Shown here piece after piece: positions 53,002-63,237 of a stretch of DNA of 64,000 bases; within the stretch, counting starts at the first letter, position 1, and each line of letters begins with the position of its first letter. The stretch covers positions 16,436 to 80,435 of the forward strand of contig JAYEJF010000035.1 of the NCBI GenBank assembly GCA_034660455.1, read 5' to 3'. A model generated the notes under the pieces. It worked only from the letters and a program-made list of their open reading frames with translations, made no database searches and was not told the DNA's origin. A program made the position numbers and the translations under genes. Source of the stretch: Campylobacterota bacterium. GTDB taxonomy: Bacteria; Campylobacterota; Campylobacteria; Campylobacterales; Sulfurovaceae.

Positions 53002-53610
53002 TTATTTTTTGTAATGCAGCACTGCATCATATGCTGCGATGGGTCTATATATTTTTTTGATACTTTGATGCTTTAAGACTAACCCGTGTGATTCAAAAAC
53101 CAATAACTCATCTTTATAAAGTGGCCAAGGCGGTCCACCATAGTTTGTATTGTTATCTTGCAAATTCGTATGTAAAAGCAGTTCTCCCCCACTACTCACT
53201 AAATTTGCTATAATTTTTATGAGTTCATCTCTAAGTTTTGGTGCTAGCGACTGTATGGTACGGCTTTCAAAAACAAAATCATACATACCAAACATCCATT
53301 GGGGCAATTGAAAAATGTCTTCAACTCTAAAGTCTATCTCTGTGTCAAAGAAACGCTCTTTTGCTATCTCTATGGCTGTGTGTGAAATATCGATTGCATC
53401 TACTTCATACCCCATTTTTGCCAATGCATCCGCATCATCTCCAAGTCCACACCCGATCACCAAGGCACGTCCATATGTCATATCATCCTTGACATTAAGA
53501 TAGTCGACCAAATGACTATTGGCAGCCAAATTTGCCCATGGGATGGAAACAAGATTATCCTTGTCTGCATTTTTATAGACATTTTCAAAATAATTATCAC
53601 TCTGACTCAA
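53002..53610 (-). CDS. class I SAM-dependent methyltransferase
   Basis: Motif I is ALVIGCGLGDDA, followed by an acidic VDAIDIS motif. Confidence 0.7.
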   Translation of the reverse strand: MSQSDNYFENVYKNADKDNLVSIPWANLAANSHLVDYLNVKDDMTYGRALVIGCGLGDDADALAKMGYEVDAIDISHTAIEIAKERFFDTEIDFRVEDIFQLPQWMFGMYDFVFESRTIQSLAPKLRDELIKIIANLVSSGGELLLHTNLQDNNTNYGGPPWPLYKDELLVFESHGLVLKHQSIKKIYRPIAAYDAVLHYKK

Positions 53611-53677
53611 TCATATTCCTTCTTTTTTTATCAAAATAATTATAGCGAAAACAGATTTGACTTTGACAATGATACCA

Positions 53678-54820
53678 TCAACTTCTATCACTCTTTTTCA
53701 ACATAAACAGACGCTCTTCATAGTTCACCCCATTCATCTGAACTTCTATTTTATGCTCACCTTCATAGAGTTTTCGTGTAGACATATTGGCTTTAAAAAG
53801 GTGCCTCTTTTTCAACAAGAGGGATTGATCTTTTTGCAGCGCTATTTTTTTGAGCTTATAGACTTTGGGGCTATAGTGACCTGCTTTTGTTCTAAAGTGT
53901 ACAATATAATCCAACATCACTTTTGTATCTTCTTTGGCTTCAATCATAAGTTCAAATATCAAAGCTTCCCCAATTTGAACCTCTTTGGTCTCTACCGTGA
54001 AATGCTTAACGCTGATATTGGGTGTTCTAGCATACCCAAGGAGTGCTAACGCCTCTTCATGCCCCTCTTTTACCAGCGTACGCAATGCATGATTGATGAT
54101 ATACGCCATCTCTTTGGGATTTTGTTTCCCTGAAGCTTTCCATTTTTTAAGTGTCTCTATGACCAAAAAGGCATCTATTTTGGCGATGTCATTGAGATGA
54201 TTGGCTACAGAGCGTGTCACATAACGGGTCTTATCTGAAAAGAGTTTATCGAGACGGCTCAATGGAATACGGTAGTCCAGCTTCAAACGCTTCGCCCATG
54301 GCAACTTTGGCCTCAAAGACTCAGACACCAATCTTCTTTCATGATAATTCTCTGACAAGGCACAGGCATCGAGCATTGCCAATGTCTCTTCAGGGTATGC
54401 ATTAATAAAGTCTCGAATGGCAAACTCCACGGAAAAACGTTTTGTTATTTCCCTGAGTGCTTGAAGTGAAATATCTATCTTCTCTCTCCTGCAACCATGC
54501 AAGGTAACAAACTCACTATATGGGGCATAAATAAAATCTCCAAAATCATTATCCTGCTTTGAAGGGTCAAGTGCTTGAGGTAGGGAGTCTAATAATATCT
54601 TTACCGCAGATTCAAACCCTATTGGCAAATACTTACCCAACATATCTCGTATATGATAGATACGGGCTTTAAGTTCAAGTTCATGAAGCATATCACAACT
54701 CTCTTCTTCAAAGTATTTCTCTTGAAATTCGGGATACACCGACTTTATCTCTGTTGCAATCTTTTTAATTTTTATGGGGTTAAAAAGTATCTCTTTAAGT
54801 AGGGTTTTTTCTGCCGTCAT
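53678..54820 (-). CDS. DNA alkylation repair protein (AlkD-like HEAT-repeat family, COG4335-like)
   Basis: The stretches HERRLVSESLRPKLPWAKRL and YVTRSVANHLNDIAK match the remembered family signature. The gene overlaps mltG by 4 nt. Confidence 0.65.
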   Translation of the reverse strand: MTAEKTLLKEILFNPIKIKKIATEIKSVYPEFQEKYFEEESCDMLHELELKARIYHIRDMLGKYLPIGFESAVKILLDSLPQALDPSKQDNDFGDFIYAPYSEFVTLHGCRREKIDISLQALREITKRFSVEFAIRDFINAYPEETLAMLDACALSENYHERRLVSESLRPKLPWAKRLKLDYRIPLSRLDKLFSDKTRYVTRSVANHLNDIAKIDAFLVIETLKKWKASGKQNPKEMAYIINHALRTLVKEGHEEALALLGYARTPNISVKHFTVETKEVQIGEALIFELMIEAKEDTKVMLDYIVHFRTKAGHYSPKVYKLKKIALQKDQSLLLKKRHLFKANMSTRKLYEGEHKIEVQMNGVNYEERLFMLKKSDRS

Positions 54821-55824
54821 GGAGCCTTCTTTCTAGCTAGTGTTCTCTCTTCTTCTCGATCCTGCTCTCTCTTCTTTTGATAAACCCTAAACGCTCTCAC
54901 GTTTTCAAGGTGTTCTGCATAGGTGGCAGAAAACCGATGCCCTCCCATTGGGGAGAGCATAAAAAAAAGATACTCACTAGAGAGAGGATACATTGCTGCA
55001 TTAAAAGCATCCATTGTGACCGATCCGAGCGGTTGAAGTGGTAAGCCTTTGTGTTTATAGGTATTATAGTAACTCTTATCTGTTCTAATGCGTTCAGGCG
55101 TTACAATGGTATGGGAAAACTTACCGTAGTTGAGTGTACTGTCCATCTGTAATTTCATATCCTTTTCAAGACGGTTGTAGATCACCGAAGAGATCAAAGG
55201 CATCTCTTTGACATCATTACTCTCTTTTTGAATAATTGAAGCCATTGTAAAGAGTATTTTTAACTCCAAAATCTCTGGTACTTCTTTAAAGTGTTCAACA
55301 ACATACTCCGCAAGGTGCCGCTTGGAGACATCAAAAAGATAAGACATTGTTCTGTTTTCATCTGCACGCCTGGCAATAGCATACCTGCCTGCAAAGATAT
55401 CTGCTTCATTAAATAGAGTATGTTTATGATAATACGCAAGCAGTTTTTTTTGATCTAATTTCATATCATTGGCTAAACGTGAAGTGAGTTCTACTGCGGT
55501 CTCTCCCGCATAAATAACCACACTCATGGTCTTGGCTTTTTTTTGATATAAGGTTGAAAAGAAATCAAACCTCCCATACCCCTCAGTGTCCACATGGTAC
55601 CAACCCTGAGCCGGTACATCTATTCGCTGCATCATCCAACGCTCTATCCATGTTACGGTATAACCATTCTCTTTGAGTGTTTTTGTCACATCATCGATAT
55701 TTGAAGAGGCGATATAAAATGTTTTTGGAAGATGATTGATCGGAAATAAATTATAGACCACAGGAATGGATAAAAGAACCAGAACAATACTCCCCAAAAC
55801 TATAAAACGTTTATATTGCCTCAA
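54817..55824 (-). CDS. mltG: endolytic murein transglycosylase MltG (YceG family)
   Basis: It has an N-terminal TM plus ASIIQKES and YNTYKHKGLPLQPLGS motifs. The TTG start is preceded by AGGTGA. Confidence 0.8.
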   Translation of the reverse strand: MRQYKRFIVLGSIVLVLLSIPVVYNLFPINHLPKTFYIASSNIDDVTKTLKENGYTVTWIERWMMQRIDVPAQGWYHVDTEGYGRFDFFSTLYQKKAKTMSVVIYAGETAVELTSRLANDMKLDQKKLLAYYHKHTLFNEADIFAGRYAIARRADENRTMSYLFDVSKRHLAEYVVEHFKEVPEILELKILFTMASIIQKESNDVKEMPLISSVIYNRLEKDMKLQMDSTLNYGKFSHTIVTPERIRTDKSYYNTYKHKGLPLQPLGSVTMDAFNAAMYPLSSEYLFFMLSPMGGHRFSATYAEHLENVRAFRVYQKKREQDREEERTLARKKAP

Positions 55825-56041
55825 ACTCTCACCTACTTTATACCCAGCTATTTTATTGTGTATCTGTTATCATACTTTGAAATAACTTCAATTATCTCTT
55901 CAATACCTTCACAAACAGCTGTAAACTTTAAATAACCATATTGATTTATAGCTAAATCTCTCTCCAACTTGTTGATAATGCCAAGTATAATTTTTCTCTT
56001 AAAGTGTTATAATGCTTACCTCAATAAATAAAGGATTATCT

Positions 56042-56320
56042 ATGGAACACAACTACGAACTCATTCACAATGAGGCAGAATCTCAGTATGAATACCACAT
56101 TGAAGGACATTTGGCACGTTTGGTCTATAAAGAAGAAGATGGTGTTTTACACCTTACAAATACATTTGTACCCAAAGAGTTAGGCGGTAGAGGTATTGCC
56201 GGGGCATTAGTGAAAGATGTATTTGCACAAATTGAGAAAAACGGTCAAAAAATGAAACCTGCTTGTTCATACATCGTAAATTATGTTGAAAAACATCCTG
56301 AATATGAACGTTTACAATAA
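56042..56320 (+). CDS. small GNAT-like acetyltransferase (YjdJ type)
   Basis: The stretch TFVPKELGGRGIAGALVKDVF..ACSYI fits the type. I prefer the ATG at 56042 to the track start at 56012. Confidence 0.65.
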   Translation: MEHNYELIHNEAESQYEYHIEGHLARLVYKEEDGVLHLTNTFVPKELGGRGIAGALVKDVFAQIEKNGQKMKPACSYIVNYVEKHPEYERLQ

Positions 56321-56869
56321 ACCTGAACCTATCACTTTATAGACAATGGGTGCATCAAACAGATCATCCATACGTACACCTCCAATGATGCCTACAGGAT
56401 GTTGTGAATACTTAGAGGCTTCAAGCAGTCTATTCCCTCCTACATTTGCTTCAGATTTTGTATCTGTAGCCCTGTAAGCGCCTAAACCGATATAGTCAAG
56501 GTTAAGCGTGTTGGCTTCGAGTATCTCCTCTTTGTTATGCGTAGAGAGACCTAAAAACTTTGTTCCTATCTTTTGTCGTATCAAAGAGACTGCCTCTTTG
56601 AGATTATCACTATACTGACGAATATCATCTTGTCCTATATGCAAACCATCTGCATCATCTATAAGTTCTATGCTGTCATTGATGATAAGAATACCCTCAT
56701 AATATCGGCGAATCAACAGCAAATCTTCTCTTTTCTCTTTTAAGGAAGCGAATTTATTGCGGTATTGCAGTATCGGTATATTGAAAAAGGTGGAAAGATG
56801 TTTTAGATGTGCCTCAAGAGAGACACCTTTATCTAAAAGTGTTTTTTTATCTACAAGGGCATAAATCAA
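56312..56869 (-). CDS. thiamine-phosphate synthase-like protein (second ThiE paralogue)
   Basis: The motifs YALVDK, LQYRNK, GLHIGQDD, YIGLGAYR and GIIGGV fit a ThiE fold. The product is 185 aa. Confidence 0.6.
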   Translation of the reverse strand: MIYALVDKKTLLDKGVSLEAHLKHLSTFFNIPILQYRNKFASLKEKREDLLLIRRYYEGILIINDSIELIDDADGLHIGQDDIRQYSDNLKEAVSLIRQKIGTKFLGLSTHNKEEILEANTLNLDYIGLGAYRATDTKSEANVGGNRLLEASKYSQHPVGIIGGVRMDDLFDAPIVYKVIGSGLL

Positions 56870-56872
56870 CGT

Positions 56873-57868
56873 TTAAACTTCCGATTTTTGCTGATGCTTC
56901 TCTTCGCTCTCTTCTTCAAGTTTTGCTGCAAAAAAATCTTCAACACCCTTTTCAACACCCTCTTTAACACTCTCATTTTCTAGTAAATCTTCTAGCACCT
57001 CTTCTGTTACTTCTACTTCTTCGTCCACTACTTCTTCATTGTGTTCTTTTTTAAAAAGTGTAAAGAGGTCGGCAAGTGTCTGATGCATATCTCCACGATC
57101 TACGATCATATCAATTAATCCATGTTCAAGTAAAAACTCTGAACGCTGAAAACCTTCAGGAAGATCCACACCGACAGTTTGCTTAATCACCCTTTGACCT
57201 GCAAACCCTATCAGCGCATCAGGTTCCGCCATAATAATATCACCTAACATGGCAAAAGAAGCCGATACCCCACCCATCGTAGGATCGGTTAAAATCGAAA
57301 TGAAAGGTAAGCCTTTATGGTGAAGTCTATTGAGTGCTGCGGAAGTCTTTGACATTTGCAGTAAAGAGTAGGTACTCTCTTGCATCCTTGCTCCACCTGA
57401 AGCTGAGACGATAATAAAGCCACACTCTTTTTCCAATGCCCTATTGATACCACGAACGATCTTCTCACCTTCCACAGAACCCAAACTTCCACCCATAAAA
57501 GAGAAGTCAAAAACAGCTATTTCAACCTCGTTACCGCCAATCATACATGAACCACTCATCACAGATGATGTTTTTCCGGTTTTTGCTTTAGCCTCATCAA
57601 TACGTTTTTTATAGGATTTTTTATCTGTAAACTTGAGGGGATCTACAGGAGCCAATGTACTATCTTGTTCAATAAAAGAGCCTTCATCTACAATAGACGA
57701 GATACGCTTCTGTGCCGATATACGAAAATGGTGGTTACATTTTGGACAAACATTCAACTTAGCTTCTACCTCTTTGTAATACATTAAAGAGGTACATTTT
57801 GGACATTTAATCCACTGGTTTGGTGTCTCTTCTACAGTCTCTTCTTTTTTAAAAAAGTTTCCAAACAT
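56873..57868 (-). CDS. accD: acetyl-CoA carboxylase carboxyltransferase beta subunit
   Basis: It has the Zn ribbon CPKC..CPKCNHH, FSFMGGSLGSVEGEK and ASGGARMQE. An acidic C-terminal tail is present. Confidence 0.9.
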   Translation of the reverse strand: MFGNFFKKEETVEETPNQWIKCPKCTSLMYYKEVEAKLNVCPKCNHHFRISAQKRISSIVDEGSFIEQDSTLAPVDPLKFTDKKSYKKRIDEAKAKTGKTSSVMSGSCMIGGNEVEIAVFDFSFMGGSLGSVEGEKIVRGINRALEKECGFIIVSASGGARMQESTYSLLQMSKTSAALNRLHHKGLPFISILTDPTMGGVSASFAMLGDIIMAEPDALIGFAGQRVIKQTVGVDLPEGFQRSEFLLEHGLIDMIVDRGDMHQTLADLFTLFKKEHNEEVVDEEVEVTEEVLEDLLENESVKEGVEKGVEDFFAAKLEEESEEKHQQKSEV

Positions 57869-57883
57869 TTTTACTTCTGCCTT

Positions 57884-58612
57884 CTATACTGATGCTTTAA
57901 TTAATGATTCAATCTTATCTGCAATCGTTTTTTCTTTTGATACTATAACATAATCCTCTTCAACAATCACTTCTAATCCTTCACAAAGTGCCAAACCTGC
58001 TGCAAAATCATAAATACGAAACGTACCTACATAGAGTACATAGGTAACTGTATGTGCATAAGCAAGAGAAAGGGCTATGGCACCAGGGGTCCTGAATTTT
58101 AACTTTTTTGCATCCAGAGCGGCAACCAAATCAGGATTTGCATAGGCTTTTTCAAACAATCCCACCTCTGAAATTTGGGAACGATGTGGGGTAAAAAAAT
58201 GTGTTGAGAAGAGTTTACCTTGCTGTACCTCTTTTCCCTCTGACTTCAAAAAGATATCACCATTGGCAAGATTACATACAATAGCAGTATCCAAAATTCC
58301 CGCTTCATTCACTTTGGCTACAGAAGAACCATAAAAAGGAAAAAGAGAAAGGGCATTGGAAGAACCGTCGATAGGATCAATAATAATTTTCTCTTTACCC
58401 TCACCCAACAGACCACTCTCTTCAGACTCAATCTGTCCAAAAGAACCTAAATGTTTCACAAAAATTGCTTCTGCAAAAAGATCCAATCCTGAAGAGACAT
58501 CACCCCCTGCACCTACATCCATTTTTTCAAACCAAGCACTATCAAAGCCATCTTTAATCGCTTTTGCTATCTCCTCATTGGCTCTAATAGAGGCTTCAAT
58601 AAATGGTGTCAT
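57884..58612 (-). CDS. inositol monophosphatase family phosphatase (second paralogue)
   Basis: The motifs ESEESG, IIDPIDGSSN and YDFAAG fit the family. I prefer the ATG at 58612 (MTPFIEAS) because the track start would overlap the gltB 3-prime end. Confidence 0.7.
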   Translation of the reverse strand: MTPFIEASIRANEEIAKAIKDGFDSAWFEKMDVGAGGDVSSGLDLFAEAIFVKHLGSFGQIESEESGLLGEGKEKIIIDPIDGSSNALSLFPFYGSSVAKVNEAGILDTAIVCNLANGDIFLKSEGKEVQQGKLFSTHFFTPHRSQISEVGLFEKAYANPDLVAALDAKKLKFRTPGAIALSLAYAHTVTYVLYVGTFRIYDFAAGLALCEGLEVIVEEDYVIVSKEKTIADKIESLIKASV

Positions 58613-58619
58613 AAATTTT

Positions 58620-61600
58620 TTACTCGCCTTTGGCACCTGTAATAATGGTTGGTTTAATACCACGTGGCGCGACCATCCAAAACTTACGAATCTCACTTCT
58701 AAAGTTTTCCAAAATATAACTTGCTCTCACACTACCGGTCTTTTTCATATAATCTTTCAGCAGTGCTTTCAGCTCAAACATTTCAGAATCCCACTCATCT
58801 GTGTCAATACGCAAAGGTTCAACAAGTTCAGGATTCACTTTTTCATAGAATCGTCCTTCCATGTCATAAACAAATGCTTTTCCGCCTGTCATACCTGCAC
58901 CGAAGTTCACACCGGTCTCACCTAAAATAACGGCAACACCACCCGTCATATATTCACATGGATGATCCCCCGTACCCTCTACCACAGTCACTGCACCTGA
59001 ATTACGAACAGCAAAACGCTCACCCACTTTACCATGGATATAGAGTGTTCCGCCCGTTGCCCCATAGAGACAGGTGTTTCCGCCCAAAGCAAACATATGA
59101 CCGGCATTCTTAGAGGTTATCACAATCTGACCACCGTTCATCCCTTTACCGATGTAGTCATTTCCGGCCCCGTCAATATTGATGTTGATACCTTTTGCCA
59201 TAAATGCACCTAAAGATTGACCTGATGTACCTTTCATATTTAAAGTGATTGTACCGTCGGGAAGTCCTGCATTACCGTATTTAGCTGCTATTTCACCAGA
59301 TATTCGTGTTGCAAAACTTCTGTTTAGATTTGAAATCTCTTTATTGAGTACGATTGGTGTAGAAGGGTTTTCAATGGTAGCTGCAAGCGCCTCTAAAATC
59401 TCTTTTTCATACTCATTTTGATCATAAGGTTCATTAAATGGCACTTGACAGGTATTGTCACCCTCAATATCATAAAGTAATTCATCAAAATTAAACTTCT
59501 TTGCAAATTCATCATCAATCACTTCAAGCAGCTCATTTTTACCTACAATCTCTTCAAGTGATTTGTAGCCAAGCTCTGCAAGTATCTCTCTAATCTCCGT
59601 AGCGACAAAGGTAAAGTAATTGACGACTTTATCTACATTTCCTGTAAATTTCTCACGTAAATGTGCATCTTGTGTTGCCACCCCCACACCACAGGTATTG
59701 GTGTGACATACTCTTAGCATAATACACCCTACAAGTACCAACGCTCCTGTTCCAAAAGCATACTCTTCCGCACCTAAAATGGCTGCTTTGACCACATCTA
59801 AACCGGTCTTTAATCCACCATCCGTTTCAACAGTGACTTGTCCTCTAAGATGATTTGCTTTGAGTGCATTGTGTGCTTCTATAAGTCCTAGTTCCCAAGC
59901 ATTTCCTGCAAACCTGATAGAACCGATAGGAGCAGCACCTGTACCACCATCTGAACCAGAGATAATAATCTTATCTGCATAACACTTCGCCACACCTGCA
60001 GCAATGGTACCTACACCTGCAGTTGAAACGAGTTTGACAGCAACTTTTGCATTTGGATTGATCTGTTTGAGGTCAAAGATAAGCTGTGCTAAATCCTCAA
60101 TAGAGTAGATATCGTGATGGGGAGGAGGTGAGATCAGTGTCACCCCCGGCTTCGTAAATCTAAGTTCTGCAATTAAAGGACTTACCTTACTACCGGGAAG
60201 CTGTCCGCCTTCACCCGGTTTTGCACCTTGCGCTACTTTGATTTGAAGCTCTGTTGCAGATCTTAAATACTCTGGCGTCACACCAAAACGTCCGGATGCC
60301 ACTTGTTTAATACTTGAATTTCTCTGCGTACCATAGCGTAATGGAGACTCTCCACCCTCACCGGAGTTGGATTTACCGCCAATTTTATTCATAGCAGTAG
60401 CAAGTGTTTCATGTGCCTCTTGTGAAATGGACCCCATAGACATCGCTGCTGTTGAAAAACGTTTAAAAATCTCACTCAGCGGTTCTACCTCATCTATAGC
60501 AATGGGTTTCCTGTCACTCTTAAGGGTGTAAAAGTCACGAATGAACTTTTTGTCACGTTCATTGACCAACTTCTTCACCACTTCATAATCTTCTGCTTTT
60601 GCGCTTTGAGACGCTTTTTGCATTGCAGAAATTGTAGGACGTGAAAAATCGTGGAACTCTTCACCTTTTTTATATTTATAGAACCCGCCTTTGTACAATA
60701 GATTTTTCTTACCATCAAATTCAGAGGTATAGGCACGTTGATGATTTGTATTAAGACGTGCATCGATATCTTCATAACCAAGTCCAGGAAGTAACCCTGT
60801 TGCTCCTTCAAAACACTCTTCAACCACTTCACTGCTCAACCCTATCACATCAAAAAGTCTTGAATTTCTATACGATGCAAGCGTTGAAATCCCCATTTTA
60901 GACATAATTTTCATCAACCCTGCACCCATTGCTCTTCTAAAACGTTTTAAAATAGGTTTAATCGCTTCATTACCCTCTTCGAGCTCTTCAACTGTATGGT
61001 AGAGTAAATAAGGGAATATCGCTGCTGTTCCAAAACTTAGCAGACATGCAGCCGAGTGAGGGTCAAACACTTCACCCGTAACGGCTACAATGCTTGTAAG
61101 GTGTCGGATATTTGCTTTTAAAAGCTCTTGATTTAAGCGCCCGACGACCATAAGCATCGGAATGACTTTATTTTCTGCATTCAAGTTTCTGTCATCAAAA
61201 ATAATAGTCCGAATATCATTTCTTTTTACATCTTCAATAATGCGTCTAGTGAGTGCATTAAGACTTGCTTTTAAGTCACCTTTATACGTAGTGTCATACT
61301 GCTCTGCCTTATAACTTGGGTCATACTTTTCATTGCCTTTTGTACCAAACTCTTTGAGCAGACAAAACTTCTCTACGGACATAATCGGTAATGTGGTTTT
61401 CAAACGCTTTGCATGTTCTGGACTGTCACTTAAGATGTTATGCTTCTCCCCAAACCCCGTATTGAGACTCATCACCGTCTTTTCACGAATTGGGTCTATG
61501 GGAGGATTGGTAACCTGCGCAAACTTTTGTTTAAAGAAGTCGGTAAAATTACGTTGCTCAGTTGAAAAAGCTGCTAGAGGTGTATCGTCTCCCATAGAAC

Positions 61601-63035
61601 CTGTTGTCTCTTTACCTTCTGCAAGCATCGGTCGGATTACTTCACGAATCACCTCAGAGGTAAAATTAAAATAACGTTGTTTCGCTGCCATATCACCATA
61701 ACTGGTTTCACAGCGTGTTGCATCCGTACCTGGCACATGCTCTTGCAAATAAGAGAGTTTTGAGGTTAACCATTTATCATATGCGTTACCTGCCTTAAGA
61801 TACGAATTAATATCATCGTTTTTTAATACCTTTCCGTGTTTAAGGTCAATTCCCATCATTTCACCAGACTGTAATCTTCCACGCTCAGCAATCTCTTCTT
61901 CAGGAAGCTTCAAGACACCATACTCAGATGAAATTAAGAGTCTATTGTCTTTGGTTCTAATATATTTAGAAGGTCTCAGTCCATTTCTGTCAAGAACACA
62001 ACCAATATAACGTCCATCGGTCATACTCACTGCAGCCGGACCGTCCCATGGCTCAAACGTCGCACTCGCATACTCATAAAATGCTCTAAGCTCCGTATCC
62101 ATTTGTGGGTTATTGTGCCATGGGGCGGGTATAAGTGAACGTGCTGCTTTAAAGAAATCTACACCGTTGACACGTAAAAACTCCATAAAGTTATCTAAAC
62201 TTGCAGAGTCTGACATATCATCTTGCAATACATTTCTCAAGCTATCCATCTCTTCATCCGTATAAATATCCGATTTAGCCGCTGCCATCTTGGCTTTTAC
62301 GTTAAACATGTTGGCAGTTACAGAATTAATCTCTCCATTGTGGGCTATCATTCTAAATGGCTGAGCCAATTTCCACTGTGGCAAGGTATTGGTTGAAAAA
62401 CGCTGGTGAAAAAGACAAAATGAGATTTCAAAATTAGGATCTGCTAAATCTTTATAGAACGCTTTAATATGCGTAGGCATTACAAGCCCTTTATACGATA
62501 TCACAGAGGTTGAAAATGAGGGGATATAAAAAGTTTTGTCTTCTATCAGTGCCGCTTCTATCTCTTTACGCGAAAGATACACCAAGGCTTCAAAACGGTT
62601 AATCGCTATGGGTGAGTTTGGTGCTACAAAAACTTGTTTCATCGTAGGAAGCGTAGCCAATGCTTGTCTGCCTAGTGCAGTAGTATCTACCGGTACTGTA
62701 CGTGTATAGACAATTTTTAAGTCATTGTTATCACAAATTTCAGCAATCACATCAAAGTCGGTAGGATTATTGGAAAAGACCATCGCAACGGCATAATTTT
62801 TAGGTAAATAGACACCATTATCGGATGCCTCTTTCTCAAAAAATGATTTGGGCATAGATAAAAGAAGTCCAGCTCCATCTCCTGTTTTACCATCTGCTGC
62901 AATGGCCCCTCTATGCATCATACGAGAGAGTGATGTAATCGCATCTTCTAAATTTTTATGTGAAGGAGTATTATCAATGGAAGCTAAAAGTCCAAATCCA
63001 CAGTTATCCTTAAATGAAGTAAATAAATCTTGCAT
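58620..63035 (-). CDS. gltB: glutamate synthase large subunit
   Basis: It has the Ntn Cys (NCGFGLLASI) and the FMN/Fe-S region (LISPPPHHDIYSIEDLAQL, GGTGAAP, CHTNTCGVGVATQD). The product is 1471 aa. Confidence 0.95.
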   Translation of the reverse strand: MQDLFTSFKDNCGFGLLASIDNTPSHKNLEDAITSLSRMMHRGAIAADGKTGDGAGLLLSMPKSFFEKEASDNGVYLPKNYAVAMVFSNNPTDFDVIAEICDNNDLKIVYTRTVPVDTTALGRQALATLPTMKQVFVAPNSPIAINRFEALVYLSRKEIEAALIEDKTFYIPSFSTSVISYKGLVMPTHIKAFYKDLADPNFEISFCLFHQRFSTNTLPQWKLAQPFRMIAHNGEINSVTANMFNVKAKMAAAKSDIYTDEEMDSLRNVLQDDMSDSASLDNFMEFLRVNGVDFFKAARSLIPAPWHNNPQMDTELRAFYEYASATFEPWDGPAAVSMTDGRYIGCVLDRNGLRPSKYIRTKDNRLLISSEYGVLKLPEEEIAERGRLQSGEMMGIDLKHGKVLKNDDINSYLKAGNAYDKWLTSKLSYLQEHVPGTDATRCETSYGDMAAKQRYFNFTSEVIREVIRPMLAEGKETTGSMGDDTPLAAFSTEQRNFTDFFKQKFAQVTNPPIDPIREKTVMSLNTGFGEKHNILSDSPEHAKRLKTTLPIMSVEKFCLLKEFGTKGNEKYDPSYKAEQYDTTYKGDLKASLNALTRRIIEDVKRNDIRTIIFDDRNLNAENKVIPMLMVVGRLNQELLKANIRHLTSIVAVTGEVFDPHSAACLLSFGTAAIFPYLLYHTVEELEEGNEAIKPILKRFRRAMGAGLMKIMSKMGISTLASYRNSRLFDVIGLSSEVVEECFEGATGLLPGLGYEDIDARLNTNHQRAYTSEFDGKKNLLYKGGFYKYKKGEEFHDFSRPTISAMQKASQSAKAEDYEVVKKLVNERDKKFIRDFYTLKSDRKPIAIDEVEPLSEIFKRFSTAAMSMGSISQEAHETLATAMNKIGGKSNSGEGGESPLRYGTQRNSSIKQVASGRFGVTPEYLRSATELQIKVAQGAKPGEGGQLPGSKVSPLIAELRFTKPGVTLISPPPHHDIYSIEDLAQLIFDLKQINPNAKVAVKLVSTAGVGTIAAGVAKCYADKIIISGSDGGTGAAPIGSIRFAGNAWELGLIEAHNALKANHLRGQVTVETDGGLKTGLDVVKAAILGAEEYAFGTGALVLVGCIMLRVCHTNTCGVGVATQDAHLREKFTGNVDKVVNYFTFVATEIREILAELGYKSLEEIVGKNELLEVIDDEFAKKFNFDELLYDIEGDNTCQVPFNEPYDQNEYEKEILEALAATIENPSTPIVLNKEISNLNRSFATRISGEIAAKYGNAGLPDGTITLNMKGTSGQSLGAFMAKGININIDGAGNDYIGKGMNGGQIVITSKNAGHMFALGGNTCLYGATGGTLYIHGKVGERFAVRNSGAVTVVEGTGDHPCEYMTGGVAVILGETGVNFGAGMTGGKAFVYDMEGRFYEKVNPELVEPLRIDTDEWDSEMFELKALLKDYMKKTGSVRASYILENFRSEIRKFWMVAPRGIKPTIITGAKGE

Positions 63036-63237
63036 GTTAAACCTTAAAATGATAGTTTTGAAGCAACTTAACTATTACTTTTGTCGTGCTTCTGTCAATG
63101 CTAAGGATTATAGCCAAAGGGTGTTTAAGTGGTGTTTAAGCATAAAATTGTTTCTTTTTGTAACAAACTTAAGGTGCTTCTACCCTTAACATCCTTTTGT
63201 CTATAATGAGAACCTCTAAATTAAAAAAGGAGTTTCC

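Noticed and set aside
53657-54049. A 130-aa plus-strand ORF
   Set aside because: It is antisense to the DNA-alkylation-repair-like gene and has no SD. Its composition is hydrophobic and Phe-rich, as expected from AT-rich antisense sequence.
57884-58696. The long form of the second IMPase-family ORF, which overlaps the gltB 3-prime end by 77 nt
   Set aside because: The extension (MRFVSFGWSRHVVLNQ..) has no family similarity. The ATG at 58612 gives a normal N-terminus and a 7-nt intergenic gap.
58356-58925. A 189-aa plus-strand ORF spanning the IMPase-family/gltB junction
   Set aside because: It is antisense to two well-supported genes, and a frame crossing an intergenic junction is implausible as a gene.
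63206-63229. A possible programmed -1 frameshift on the classic slippery heptamer A_AAA_AAG (63223-63229), which would link ATG 63206 to the recO frame
   Set aside because: The ATG at 63206 lies inside the likely -10 box (TATAAT 63202-63207) and has no SD, so it is probably not on the mRNA. The AAGGAG that forms part of the heptamer is better explained as the SD for a start at ATC 63238.
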